Origin: an uncultured bacterium
GTDB lineage: Bacteria; Chloroflexota; UBA5177; JANWHV01
DNA length: 64,000 bases
Assembly: GCA_963729625.1 (NCBI GenBank)
Contig: CAVSOU010000010.1
Coordinates: forward strand, 608,001-672,000
Direction of reading: 5' to 3'
The position numbers and the translations under genes are program-made. The notes beneath the pieces were generated by a model, which ran no database searches, was not told the origin of the DNA, and saw only the letters and a list, made by a program, of their open reading frames with translations. Below, piece after piece: positions 1-10,348 of the stretch (the first letter of the stretch is position 1; every line of letters starts with the position of its first letter).

Positions 1-2
1 TC

Positions 3-611
3 GTCGCGGATGTCTATGGCGGCGCCGGCATCGAAGTCGAGATCGAGCATGAGGACGTCAGCCCATACGTTGCGCTGCGTGGCTCGTGGGATGCCTATCT
101 GACGGCTCTCAGCAAGAAGGAACGCCATGAGCTGCGGCGTAAGCTGCGCAGGGCCGTCGACGACCAGGGCGCGATTTGGCTGCGAGTGAAGACTGCCGAG
201 GACCTCGAGCGATGCATGGACGCGTTCATCGCGCTTCACCGGATGAGCAGCGCGAACAAGGCGGCCTTCATGACCAGCCAGATGGAGGCGTACTTCCGCG
301 ATCTTTGCGCGATGGCACTCAAGTGCGGAACATTGCGCATGGGCGTGCTATGGGTCGGCAATACTCCGGTATCCGGCGCGCTTGGATTCGCGTACAAGGG
401 CCGACTCTACCTCTACAATTCGGGCTATGACCATGAGTACGCTGCGCACAGCGTGGGGATTGCGGCGGTTGGACTCCTGTTGAAGGAAAGCGCGACCGAA
501 GGACTCGAGGTCTTCGATTTCTTGCAGGGCAACGAGCCGTACAAATACATGTTGGGCGCCAAGGATAGCGTCGTCTACCGGGTGCTGTGTAGCCGTGGCC
601 CGCGGCGGTGA
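3..611 (+). CDS. GNAT-family acetyltransferase (Acetyltransf_6/CelD-BcsL-like), 5'-truncated by window edge
   Basis: Frame is open from position 3. Has WDAYLTALSKKERHELRRKLRR, YNSGYD...SVG and FDFLQGNEPYK, typical of this family. Confidence 0.8.
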   Translation, partial: VADVYGGAGIEVEIEHEDVSPYVALRGSWDAYLTALSKKERHELRRKLRRAVDDQGAIWLRVKTAEDLERCMDAFIALHRMSSANKAAFMTSQMEAYFRDLCAMALKCGTLRMGVLWVGNTPVSGALGFAYKGRLYLYNSGYDHEYAAHSVGIAAVGLLLKESATEGLEVFDFLQGNEPYKYMLGAKDSVVYRVLCSRGPRR

Positions 612-1297
612 ACGATGCCTTCAACGGGCCGGTGCTCGTAGTTGGGGCGCATCCTGATGACCCTGAGTTTGGAGCTGGCGGCACCGTTGCCACTTTCACG
701 AGGAACGGGCAGAGCGTGCATTATGTCGTCTGCACTGACGGCAGTCGCGGGACCAAGGATCGGACGATCGATCCCATCGACCTCGCGCGAACACGCGCAC
801 GCGAGCAGCGCGCCGCAGCCGATGTGCTTGGAGTCGCGAGCGTTTTCTTCTTCAACCAGAATGACGGCAACCTTGCGGTGACCTCGGAGCTGCGACGTGA
901 CATGGCGCGCATTATCCGACAGGTGCGACCGCGCATAGTGATCACCCACGATCCTTGGCGTCTGTACCAGCTTCACCCAGATCATCGGGCCGCGGGGTTC
1001 TTGACGACCGACGCCTTCGTCGCCGCCCGCGACCACCTCTACCACCCTGAGCTGTTCTACGACGAGGCCCTCGAGCCGTTTGACGTGTCTGAGATCTGGT
1101 TCTACGGTCCGGCAGAGACAGACCACTTTGTCGATATATCGCCCACGCTGGAACAGAAGATCGAGGCGATATCGCGTCATGAGAGCCAGCTGCGCGATCC
1201 GGCTGCCACCGCGGAACGCCTGCGTGCTCGCGCCGCCGAAGCTGGGAAACGGCACGGCATTCCTGCCGCCGAAGAGTTCAAGCGGCTTCGCATTTGA
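608..1297 (+). CDS. PIG-L/LmbE-family deacetylase
   Basis: AHPDD metal motif, HPDH motif, C-terminal HESQ; GTGA overlap with upstream gene. Confidence 0.9.
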   Translation: MNDAFNGPVLVVGAHPDDPEFGAGGTVATFTRNGQSVHYVVCTDGSRGTKDRTIDPIDLARTRAREQRAAADVLGVASVFFFNQNDGNLAVTSELRRDMARIIRQVRPRIVITHDPWRLYQLHPDHRAAGFLTTDAFVAARDHLYHPELFYDEALEPFDVSEIWFYGPAETDHFVDISPTLEQKIEAISRHESQLRDPAATAERLRARAAEAGKRHGIPAAEEFKRLRI

Positions 1298-1304
1298 TGG
1301 GCGT

Positions 1305-4300
1305 CTAGCGCGCGAGACGTAGCCAGGCGCGAGCGCCAACCGAACCCAGGACGACGTGCTTGCCGCTCAGAACGAACTCGGCGTTCGTGAAGTATTGCAC
1401 GGTGTAGCCCAGTTTCAGCCGCTCTTCGGTGATTGGCTGCCCCCAGACCGAGGCTCCGCCCGTGGCTTGCCAGAACTGCAGAAACGCTCCCTTCAGGTTG
1501 TGTCCGGTTGTCTTGAAATAGAGGTGCTTCTGCTTCTTTGGTAGCTCAGCCGCCTTCGGATCCGGCTTGCCGCGGAGTTCCGTCAGGCCGAGCGGCAACA
1601 GGGTCACCGTATCTCCATGAGCCTGCATGCCCACCGCGTCATAGTACTGAACATCGCCGCCGGGGTCTGCCGAGGCCTCCGCAATTGGTGCGCCGAGCAC
1701 CTGCACGCCGCCGAGCGCGAGCCACCGGCCCAGAAATGGCGGTGATACGTTGTGACCAGTTTCCAGCAGATACCAGCCGTCCGATCTTGCCGGCGCGGGA
1801 AGGTTCGGAAGGGTCGTCGGCTCGCCACCTGGCTTGAAGAGGAGCGTGTACCAGATGCCGGCCTGCACGTGGATGCGCAGTGTGCCTCCCGTCTGCGCAT
1901 GGCTCTGCGCGGGCGCAAGGAGCGCCGTGCTTGAGATCGCGCCCGTGAGCTTTGGCAGATTCAGGGTGAGGTCGGCCTCATTCGTACTGGTCAGACGAAG
2001 ACGGCCGGGCATCGCCCAATCCATCCAGAGTTGGGCGCTGGCCGGCCTGCTATGCGGAGAGAATGTCAACCGCGCGTCACTGTAGCTGCCGCCACTGACT
2101 CCCAGTGCATCTGGAGCCGAATACAGGTAGCCCAGCCCAGCGACGTTGTCGGGCCACATGCGCACGCCTCCAGGCTGATGTGGGCCATTAAAATACGCCG
2201 ATATCTCGCGATTGATGTAGAAGCCGGCCTTGGGCATGTTTTGAGCGCCGAACAGGCCGAGCCCGTTTTCCACCGCATTGTAGCCGACCGTGTCGTCGTT
2301 CAATTGCCATTTGAAGTCCCCTGCGCCGCCGAGCACCCGCAAATAGAGACTCATTCCCGTCTCCTGAACCGACGCTGTGGCAGCCGATTGGAAGGCCGTG
2401 GAAAACCCGTATTCTTCCAACACCAACGGTGTCTTTGCGCCGGCAACCAGTGCCTCGAACGAACGCAGACTGTTGTGAATGCTGTCGAAGTTTTGCGTCG
2501 CCGGATAGAGGTGCAACGAGCGGAAACTCAGCACCTCGTTCGCGGCCAGTCCAGCCCAGAACAGGCTATTGTAGCCAACAGTCACGAGGTGAGATCTGTC
2601 GACAGACCGAACGGCGTTGAGCTGCATGTAAATGTACATGCTCAGGCTCGAGTTCACGGCTGACATGAGTGGCCACCACCGCCCGCCCGGACCCTGCGCG
2701 GCCTGATTGGGGTTTGCGCTCAAGAAGTCGTCGACAATCGATGCAGCGTTGAGATACTTGTAAACCTGATCGGTGCTCATGTGAGCAAACGGACCGGTGC
2801 GCCACTTGCCGCCTCTGCGATCGGACTGAATGCGTGAAAGCTTGTAGTGCTCGCCATATCGGTCGATCAGTGCCTGCGCCAGCAGAGGCAAGGACATGCC
2901 CGACGGATAGATCGCGCCGGCAATGTCTTGGAATCCCGGCTCGTTCTGCAAGTCGTAACCAAATATGGTCGTATTCCCCGCGTATCGCGCCGCAATTGCC
3001 CTGTCAACCATTGCGACACGTGCCAGTTCGGCATCCCTCGAATCGTTGAAGGTGATCAACAACCGGAGATCGCGCTGCTTCGCAAGAGACACGAGCGTGT
3101 CAAGGTGTCCGAATTGGCCCGCTAGCACTTGGGCGGGGAGAGGATCCTGCACAAAGACTCGCAGAATCCTATAGCCGGCGGCCGCGGCGTCGTCGAGGTC
3201 TTTCGCAACGAGCGTGGCGTCAAACTTGCCGTCTTGCCACATCTGCCACGGACGGTCGCTTGGGCCTTCGTAGTTAATCCCGCTAACATAGGGAACGACC
3301 GTGAGACCAAAGGCGAATCCGGCAGGTCCGATCCTGGCAAGCGGGCCGTTCTGAGGCCATGGGACCCGAAAGATCGGCGGGCTTCCGAGAGGTGCGATGG
3401 CCGCAGGGTAGCCTGCGGCTGGAGCGGACTCAGCGGCTGCCATAAGGCCCGTCGCCGACGAGGCCAGCGCGGCGATAGCGTCGACTTGCGAAGCGACTGG
3501 TCGCCAGGCCTGCACTTCCGAGCCGGGCGTCGCACGCGATGGGACCGACGTCGCAGCAGAAGATTCGGGCAGGCTTAATAGCGCTTCTGGCGCCGCAGAC
3601 GGCAACGTTGATCGTGAGTCCGCTTGCGCAGCCGGCGCGGCCGCGCTGGGCGCAGCCAGCCGAAACGTCAGTCGTGGCGCGCCACGATGGACCATCCAAC
3701 TCGAGCCTATGAGAGGAGCCGCTCGCAACGCGACCGCACGCTCGTACGCGGCCTGCTCAGGAACCGGCGCCCGAGCCGGCAGAGTTGCCGTACCGGTCGA
3801 CGTGGTAGCAAGCCCCGGAGCTAGGCCGGCGCTCTGCGTCGAGCTGGATACTGCCGCGGGTGTGCCGGTCCATGTGAGCGAAGGCGTCACAGTGGCAGTC
3901 ACCGTTGAAACCTCGCCTGGAGTGAGGGTCACGCGTTCGGTGGGGCTGGACGACGGAGGCGTGGTCGCGCTTGCGCTGGGAGACGGCGTCGCGCTCGCGG
4001 TGCTTGTGCCTGTCGCCGTGCGCGTCGATGTCGGAGTGGTTGTGGCCGTCCTGGTACTCGTTGCGGTGCGGGTACTCGTTGCGGTGCGGGTACGCGCCGG
4101 CGTCCGGCTCGCCGTGGCAGTGGCGGTCCAGGTTCTAGTCGGCGTCGCCGTACGCGTGGCACTGACAATCGGCGTCGCGGTCGACGTAGGTGTCCGAGTG
4201 GCAGTCTCATACCTGGCCGTCAGCGATGAAAGGGCCGCGCTGAAGAGTACACCACCTGACGAAGCGCCGAGCACTCCATCGGGTGCGATCGCATACAGGC

Positions 4301-5210
4301 GCGCGTCAATGCCGCCGACGAAAGTGAGGTCATAGGGTACACCATAACCCTGACCAGGCAGGCTTGCAGGAAGCCCTGACGATACATCTTGCCATATGCG
4401 CCCGCCGTCGCGCGAGCGCACCACGTGTCCGCCGTCAAGCGCGGCGAACAACCCACCTGAGCGCCCGTCGACTGCCAGGAGCCGGCCTGCCGCGGCGACT
4501 TCCACGCCAATGCCAGCGTAGGCAGGCAATGCAACCCCTGCGGACCAGCTGTGACCGTGATCGTCGCTCCGCTGGAAACCCCTGGTAAAGGACACCGCGT
4601 AGACGACCGCGCCATTTGCCGGCTCGATGGTAACGGCGCTGACAGGATACGACAACACCTGCTGCCATGACAGGCCTGCGTCGCCGGTGCGATACAGGCC
4701 ACCATTTCGATAGCCGGCGAGATAGGCTGCCTCCGGGTGCCGTGGGTCCAGCGCAAGCACCGAACCGACAGCGCGACCGGGAGCATCGCTGCGAGTGTCC
4801 GATTCTATCCACGTAAGGCCCGCATCGGTGCTGCGGTAGACACCTGTTAGTCCGGCGGCCCATACGATGTCGGGATTTGAAGGAGCTATCTGAAGATCGA
4901 GCAACTGCGCACCGGGCCCACCTGCCACGCCCACGCGCAGGTTACGCCAGGTTCTGCCGCCATCGGCGCTTCGCGCGATCCCGCCATCGCTCAGGCCGGC
5001 GAATAGCACTGTGCCGGTTGGCGATGCTCGAACGAATCGCACGTGTCCAGAGTCGGGTAACCTGGCGGAGTAGCCGACGGTGTGCAAGTCCGGTGGCGTC
5101 TGTCCGCCCGGTGTCTGGATGGCCGATGCCAGGTCGGCCTGCGGCCGGACGCACGTCGCGAAGAGCACGGCGGCGATCAGGGCTGCAAAGAAACCGCGGC
5201 GAAGAGTCAT
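1305..5210 (-). CDS. Large secreted protein: BNR/Asp-box beta-propeller + Thr-rich linker + clan GH-A glycoside hydrolase + C-terminal ETGH-type surface repeats
   Basis: Signal MTLRRGFFAALI. Five SxDxGxTW-like Asp boxes, TATSTR repeats, LQNEP acid/base and LEEYG nucleophile motifs, two (W/L)Y..(E/T)TGH..F...W...GG...G.PI.E repeats. Confidence 0.75.
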   Translation of the reverse strand: MTLRRGFFAALIAAVLFATCVRPQADLASAIQTPGGQTPPDLHTVGYSARLPDSGHVRFVRASPTGTVLFAGLSDGGIARSADGGRTWRNLRVGVAGGPGAQLLDLQIAPSNPDIVWAAGLTGVYRSTDAGLTWIESDTRSDAPGRAVGSVLALDPRHPEAAYLAGYRNGGLYRTGDAGLSWQQVLSYPVSAVTIEPANGAVVYAVSFTRGFQRSDDHGHSWSAGVALPAYAGIGVEVAAAGRLLAVDGRSGGLFAALDGGHVVRSRDGGRIWQDVSSGLPASLPGQGYGVPYDLTFVGGIDARLYAIAPDGVLGASSGGVLFSAALSSLTARYETATRTPTSTATPIVSATRTATPTRTWTATATASRTPARTRTATSTRTATSTRTATTTPTSTRTATGTSTASATPSPSASATTPPSSSPTERVTLTPGEVSTVTATVTPSLTWTGTPAAVSSSTQSAGLAPGLATTSTGTATLPARAPVPEQAAYERAVALRAAPLIGSSWMVHRGAPRLTFRLAAPSAAAPAAQADSRSTLPSAAPEALLSLPESSAATSVPSRATPGSEVQAWRPVASQVDAIAALASSATGLMAAAESAPAAGYPAAIAPLGSPPIFRVPWPQNGPLARIGPAGFAFGLTVVPYVSGINYEGPSDRPWQMWQDGKFDATLVAKDLDDAAAAGYRILRVFVQDPLPAQVLAGQFGHLDTLVSLAKQRDLRLLITFNDSRDAELARVAMVDRAIAARYAGNTTIFGYDLQNEPGFQDIAGAIYPSGMSLPLLAQALIDRYGEHYKLSRIQSDRRGGKWRTGPFAHMSTDQVYKYLNAASIVDDFLSANPNQAAQGPGGRWWPLMSAVNSSLSMYIYMQLNAVRSVDRSHLVTVGYNSLFWAGLAANEVLSFRSLHLYPATQNFDSIHNSLRSFEALVAGAKTPLVLEEYGFSTAFQSAATASVQETGMSLYLRVLGGAGDFKWQLNDDTVGYNAVENGLGLFGAQNMPKAGFYINREISAYFNGPHQPGGVRMWPDNVAGLGYLYSAPDALGVSGGSYSDARLTFSPHSRPASAQLWMDWAMPGRLRLTSTNEADLTLNLPKLTGAISSTALLAPAQSHAQTGGTLRIHVQAGIWYTLLFKPGGEPTTLPNLPAPARSDGWYLLETGHNVSPPFLGRWLALGGVQVLGAPIAEASADPGGDVQYYDAVGMQAHGDTVTLLPLGLTELRGKPDPKAAELPKKQKHLYFKTTGHNLKGAFLQFWQATGGASVWGQPITEERLKLGYTVQYFTNAEFVLSGKHVVLGSVGARAWLRLAR

Positions 5211-5313
5211 GTCAGGTCCAAGTATGCCGGGCCGGCAAATACTCGACAATGGCGGTTTGGCGATAAACTACTAAGCAGCCTGGCGGAAGGTCCCATGGAG
5301 CGAGGAGATCTGG

Positions 5314-6144
5314 ATGGCCGGCATCGCATTTCAGGGCGAGCGGGGAGCGTTCAGCGAGGAGGCGGCGGCACTTCTTTTCCCGGATGGAGTCATGCTTCCT
5401 CAACCAAGCTTTGGCGATTGCTTTGCCGCGGTGCTTGATGGTAGCGCAACCTTTGCCGTCGTCGCGGTCGAGAACACGACCGCGTATTCGGTCAACGAGA
5501 CCTACGAGTTGTTGGTCGAGCACCAGGGCAGCGTCTTTCCGCGCGGAGAGTTCGATCTGCGCGTGCAACACTGCCTGATGGCGCTGCCTGGGCAAAGCCT
5601 TGCCGACATTCACACCGTACAGTCGCATCCGCAGGCGCTCGCTCAATGCCGCCCTTACCTCGAGCAGCTCAGCGTGCAGCGAGTACCGGTGTACGACACC
5701 GCGGGCAGCGCCAAGCTGATTCGCGAGGGGAACCTGGCCGGCGTCGCCGGAATTGCTTCCAAGCGAGCAGCCTCAATCTACGACCTCGACCTGCTTGCGG
5801 AGAACATTCAGACCAACAAGGAGAATTTCACGCGCTTCCTGGTGATCGGCAGTGAGGCTCTTGCACCGCATCCTGGCGGCAAGACCAGCATCATGTTCGT
5901 GCTTCCCGACCGTCCGGGCGCGCTCTTTCGTGCGATGGCTGCTTTCGCCATTCACGAAGTCAATGTGATTCGACTCGAATCACGTCCAATACAAGGTCGG
6001 ACGTGGGAGTACATGTTCCACGCCAACATCGAAGGGCATCAGAGCGAGTCCGACGTGGCCGCTGCCCTTTCCGCGCTGGCCCGCTGCACGCTCACGCTGA
6101 AGATCATCGGCTCCTATCCCCGTCTGACGCCCGCGACAGTGTAG
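5314..6144 (+). CDS. pheA: Prephenate dehydratase
   Basis: AFQGERGAFSE, SHPQALAQC, NFTRF, ACT domain LESRP; SD GAGGAG. Confidence 0.95.
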   Translation: MAGIAFQGERGAFSEEAAALLFPDGVMLPQPSFGDCFAAVLDGSATFAVVAVENTTAYSVNETYELLVEHQGSVFPRGEFDLRVQHCLMALPGQSLADIHTVQSHPQALAQCRPYLEQLSVQRVPVYDTAGSAKLIREGNLAGVAGIASKRAASIYDLDLLAENIQTNKENFTRFLVIGSEALAPHPGGKTSIMFVLPDRPGALFRAMAAFAIHEVNVIRLESRPIQGRTWEYMFHANIEGHQSESDVAAALSALARCTLTLKIIGSYPRLTPATV

Positions 6145-6154
6145 CGAATACATT

Positions 6155-6991
6155 TCAGTCCACGTGAGCTAGCCCGAAATTCGACTCGGCGTGGGCCAAG
6201 CTGTGGCTGGGCACGCCGTGAAGCAGCGAAACCACCGCCGCGAAGCGCCTGGAATCTCCCGTCGTGTACAGCTGGTGGGCTGGATGAGCGTGGTCGCCGA
6301 GCGCTCTCAGGTCGTCCAGCACTGTTCGCACTCTGAGGGCCACCGGCACACCGGAGTCGTACACCTGGATGCTCCCCGAGAGCAGCGATTCGATGCGCGG
6401 GCGCAGGAATGGGTAGTGCGTGCAGCTCAGTCCCAGCACGTCGGCTCCGCCCGCAACGATCGGTTTCAGGCAATCGAGCAGCAGGCCGTCGAGCCGAGGT
6501 CCAGTCAATTCGCCGAGCTCGACCATGTCCGCGAGCCCATCGCATGGCACGTTGATAAGTGTCTTGCCATCGGCGAACCGTTCCACCAGGTCCGCCAGAT
6601 AGGCGCTCTTCGCCGTGTTGGGCGTCGAAAGCAGGCCGATGACGCCTGTTCGGGTCCGTTCGGCAAGGACCTTCACAACCGGCACAACTCCAACAAAGGG
6701 TACGCCGGGAAACGCTGCTCTCAGGTGCGCCAGCGCGTACACGGTGGCGGTGTTGCAAGCCACGACGATGATCTTGGCCTGGTGCTCGAGCAGGAATTCA
6801 GCCCACGAGCAGGCCAGATCCCGAAGATGTGCCGGCTTCAGGGCGCCGTAAGGAAAGTGCGCCGAATCGCCGACGTAGAGAAGACGCTCGCCTGGCAGGA
6901 GCTTGTGGACTTCGGAAAGGATGCTGAGCCCGCCAACACCCGAATCGAAGAAGCCGATTGGCCGATCATCCATTTGAGATGAAGATAGCAT
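6155..6991 (-). CDS. murI: Glutamate racemase
   Basis: FDSGVGGLS, VACNTAT and SCTHYP catalytic Cys motifs. Start may be ATG 6973. Confidence 0.95.
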   Translation of the reverse strand: MLSSSQMDDRPIGFFDSGVGGLSILSEVHKLLPGERLLYVGDSAHFPYGALKPAHLRDLACSWAEFLLEHQAKIIVVACNTATVYALAHLRAAFPGVPFVGVVPVVKVLAERTRTGVIGLLSTPNTAKSAYLADLVERFADGKTLINVPCDGLADMVELGELTGPRLDGLLLDCLKPIVAGGADVLGLSCTHYPFLRPRIESLLSGSIQVYDSGVPVALRVRTVLDDLRALGDHAHPAHQLYTTGDSRRFAAVVSLLHGVPSHSLAHAESNFGLAHVD

Positions 6992-7034
6992 ACCGTCGCG
7001 CCCTGAATCTCCATTGCTGGCACTTCACGCACCC

Positions 7035-7043
7035 TGCTATACT
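7035..7043 (+). promoter_or_regulatory. Putative extended -10 promoter (TGcTATACT) for rpsU
   Basis: TGn-TATACT about 115 nt upstream of the rpsU start. Confidence 0.4.
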
Positions 7044-7158
7044 CAGAGGACGACAGGCCTGCGTGGCGAGGCGTACCCGATGGGCGCGCAGCGAAGTTAG
7101 CGCCGGGGGCGGCGGGCTAGTGGATCGGAAGCCAAGCCAAAGGTGAGCAAATAGCGAG

Positions 7159-7350
7159 ATGGTAGAGACGACATCCGGGGAAAGCTTCGAGCACTTGCTG
7201 CGCCGGTTCAAGAAGGAAGTCGCGCAGGACGGTATTCTTCGCGTGTTCCGAGAGAAGAGCCGTTTCCAGACGAAAAGAATGCGCGAGCAAACAAAGCGGA
7301 AGCGCGCCGCGCGGAAGGCTCAGAAGCGACGCACAGGCGCTCCTCAGTAG
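7159..7350 (+). CDS. rpsU: 30S ribosomal protein S21
   Basis: 63 aa, basic, GESFEHLLRRFKKEV..DGIL pattern. Confidence 0.85.
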   Translation: MVETTSGESFEHLLRRFKKEVAQDGILRVFREKSRFQTKRMREQTKRKRAARKAQKRRTGAPQ

Positions 7351-7578
7351 GAACGGCTGGCGAGATGCACGCGTGGTTCCGCTTGCCGTGACCGTCTGGT
7401 CCGGCAGGCTTGTCGCGTTCGATGGGCCTGAATCTGGACCGCCTGAGTTCCGCGGCCATGTGCCACGCTCAACGCTCTTCGCTTATTCCTGCTCCCTGTC
7501 TCGCACGATTTCGGACCGCCGCTCATGCACCTGCTCGAACGCCGCATATCGTCATGACATACCGCTGACCACCGCCGG

Positions 7579-9282
7579 CTACTGTTGGACGGCGACGACC
7601 GTGCCGATAGTCGCCCACTTGAACAGCCACGCCTGAACGGAGCCCGGAACGTTAACGCACCCGTGTGTGCCGCTATAAACTCCGGGCGGACCGGGCGCAG
7701 TATTTGTTCCAGGGCCATACACGGTGCGCCACGGCGCGTCGTGGATGAAATAGCCTCCGGCGTGGAAGTACAGGGCGTACTGGACCTTGGATGGCGGGTA
7801 GTAATACGGACTGCTCTTCGGCCACGTGCTGATGAACTTGTACGGATGGAATTTCGCTTCGACATGCCAGATGCCTGGTGGCGTCGGGAGCAACGCGTTA
7901 CCGGTCGTTACGAGCGTATGCCTGAGCAACGTGGCGCCATCGTAGACGTCCATGCTCTGCGTTGCCAGGTGCACGATGATGTGGCGATAGTTTACACCGA
8001 GCTCTGAGAAGAATCCATCTCCGACGTTGCCGAAATTGTCGGTCGTCTTCACCAGCATGGTGTACAGCCCTGCCTGGACCATTGCACCGCGGTAATCCCT
8101 GCCGTCCCATACAACGTTGAACCGTTGCCCAGCCTGTGCGGAGCCAAGGTCCAGGATTCTGACCGTTCCGTTCGTCTTCTGGCGGCGAATCTCCACTTGC
8201 ACCGTGACGTCCTTAGTCGGTGTGAAGTGCATCGTCAGCTTGTCATATTGCGGATTGAACTGATAGCGATCGAAGAAGGCGTGCTGAACCTTGGGCGCAG
8301 TGGCGTCGACGTGCACCCCGTAGGTTGCAATCGGTCCCAGATTCCCAGCCCAGTCTTGGGCGCGCACGTGGAAATAGAGCGTTCCATTGGACAGCGGCCC
8401 CAGGTCCGCACTTCGAGCCACGCTCGGTGTCCCTGAGGGCACGCCATCCGGATTGCGATCGATGCTCGACAAATATCCCTGCAGGGCGCCGTTGTCCGTT
8501 GCCGCAGTCCAGCTGAAATGCGCCAGTACGGCGGAGTACGTGCGCGTTTGGTCCGGATAGGTGGTCGAGCTGATCACGACAGTACTGGGCGGCGTGCGGT
8601 CGAGCCTGAAGGCAGGGCCGTCATAGAAGTCGCTCCACGGACCGCGCCACTTGTCGAGTGCTAATCGGGCGCGCCAGTGGTACGCCCCTTCCGGCAGCTG
8701 ACTGACTGAGACGGTGATCGCCGTGGTTTGCCCGGGCAACAGCGGCATTCCCTGGCCGGACGGTAGCCCGTTGTACGGCGAATTCAAAGGCTCGAGCTCG
8801 ACCTGCGGCAGTGCTCCAGCGGTGCCGCCCGCGGGAGCTTCCACAGTAAGCACAACGGCGCTCGCGTTCGTCCAGTAGCGTGGCGCCAGTTTGCCACCTC
8901 CAGCTTCACGTTCGGAAAGGCCTACGGGAGCGAGCAGCATGGGCGTGGGCACCGGCGTGGCGGTGGGGATTCGCGTCGATGTTGGTTTCGTGGTGGCAGT
9001 CGCGCTCGCTCGAGGAGTATCGCTCGGAACTCGACTGGCACCACCACCCGGCGCATGGGTTGCGCCACCACCAACCGTGGACTGTGGAGGCATCGATCCG
9101 GTGGCCGCGGTAGAGCGCGCGGCAAGTGTCGCCGCCACTGCCGCCGCAACCTGCGTGGTCATGGCACTGGACGTCTGGCCGCCGGTGCTGGTGTCCTGCG
9201 ACGATCCCGGCAGCGCCGCGCAACCGGACAGGAGCAGCGGTACAAGGCAGGCGACCACTGTCAGCCACGCTCTGCCCACCAT
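7579..9282 (-). CDS. L,D-transpeptidase (YkuD) lipoprotein with Ig/Fn3-like and FlgD-Ig-like domains
   Basis: SD GGAGG before ATG 9282; lipobox LLSGC; Thr/Pro linker; VVWDGRD (FlgD-Ig-like); C-terminal FIHDAPW...THGCVN. Confidence 0.85.
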   Translation of the reverse strand: MVGRAWLTVVACLVPLLLSGCAALPGSSQDTSTGGQTSSAMTTQVAAAVAATLAARSTAATGSMPPQSTVGGGATHAPGGGASRVPSDTPRASATATTKPTSTRIPTATPVPTPMLLAPVGLSEREAGGGKLAPRYWTNASAVVLTVEAPAGGTAGALPQVELEPLNSPYNGLPSGQGMPLLPGQTTAITVSVSQLPEGAYHWRARLALDKWRGPWSDFYDGPAFRLDRTPPSTVVISSTTYPDQTRTYSAVLAHFSWTAATDNGALQGYLSSIDRNPDGVPSGTPSVARSADLGPLSNGTLYFHVRAQDWAGNLGPIATYGVHVDATAPKVQHAFFDRYQFNPQYDKLTMHFTPTKDVTVQVEIRRQKTNGTVRILDLGSAQAGQRFNVVWDGRDYRGAMVQAGLYTMLVKTTDNFGNVGDGFFSELGVNYRHIIVHLATQSMDVYDGATLLRHTLVTTGNALLPTPPGIWHVEAKFHPYKFISTWPKSSPYYYPPSKVQYALYFHAGGYFIHDAPWRTVYGPGTNTAPGPPGVYSGTHGCVNVPGSVQAWLFKWATIGTVVAVQQ

Positions 9283-9545
9283 ACTCGGCAAACCTCCCGG
9301 CACCAGCGATTGAGACTCGGCCATGCACTCGTAAGGCGGTGCAAATGAGCTCCACGCGGTAGTATGGTGCCGCGGCATCAGCCACCGATCAAGGGTAAAG
9401 CGTGCACAACCGACCGGCAGCACGACTCAGAGCCCTGCGTCCTCACGCGAGTGGCGAAGACGATATAGTCGCCCGCGACGTGGTTGAGGCCTGCTCCGGC
9501 CGACAGGATCCTTACGGAACGGTGACAGTTGGGAGGGCGTGCCGG

Positions 9546-10316
9546 CTAATGCCTGAGGAAGAAGTAGGCTGTCATGGCACAGCCCACCGCGATCACGAAT
9601 CCCCGTACCAAACGCGGGTCGAGCCGCCGCGCGGTCGATGCACCTACGTAACCGCCAATTACGGCGCCTGCAAGCATCAGCACTGCCTGTCGCCACTCGA
9701 CGGCCGACGCCACGATAAATGCGACCACCGCGATGCCGTTGATGCAGCTGGCCAGCAACGTCTTGAGCGCGTTCATCTCGTGGATGTTGTCGAGGCCGAG
9801 CAGACTGAGGGCCGCAAGCATCAGTATGCCAATGCCACCACCAAAGAATCCACCGTACGTGGCGATGCACAGCTGCGTCACGACGAGCGCCACAGGTACA
9901 CGCCCTGTCGCTCCGCCGCCGTGCTTCGTCGACGCAAACACGTTCCCAAGTCCGCGCTTAACCTGAGCATTGAAGGCGAAGAGCAACGTCGCCACAAGCA
10001 GCAGATAGGGGATCAGCGCTGAAAAGGTCGCCGATGGCGTGCGCAAGAGTATCACTGCGCCGAGCAGGCCGCCCACGATGCTTATCGCACTGAGCTCCCT
10101 GACGTGCGGAACAGCGCCAAGCTCGCGTCTATACGCCGCAACACTGGCCAAGGATCCAGGCCACAGAGCCACGGTGCTGGTCGCGTTTGCCTTGATCGGA
10201 CCGACGCCGGAAACCACGAGAGCGGGAAAGGTGAAGAAACTGCCTCCACCGGCAACGGAATTGAGCCCTCCGCCAACCACGGCGGCCGCAAAGAGAGCAA
10301 GGTCCTCAAGAATCAT
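9546..10316 (-). CDS. TauE/SafE (sulfite exporter) family membrane protein
   Basis: NSVAGGGS, ANATST, YGGFFGGGIG motifs; multiple TM helices. Confidence 0.9.
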   Translation of the reverse strand: MILEDLALFAAAVVGGGLNSVAGGGSFFTFPALVVSGVGPIKANATSTVALWPGSLASVAAYRRELGAVPHVRELSAISIVGGLLGAVILLRTPSATFSALIPYLLLVATLLFAFNAQVKRGLGNVFASTKHGGGATGRVPVALVVTQLCIATYGGFFGGGIGILMLAALSLLGLDNIHEMNALKTLLASCINGIAVVAFIVASAVEWRQAVLMLAGAVIGGYVGASTARRLDPRLVRGFVIAVGCAMTAYFFLRH

Positions 10317-10348
10317 GCTCTCTAGAGTACCAGAGAGTTGAAGCCGCT

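Noticed and set aside
7344-7636. Small ORFs between rpsU and the L,D-transpeptidase gene
   Set aside because: No SD, motif or coding-like composition.
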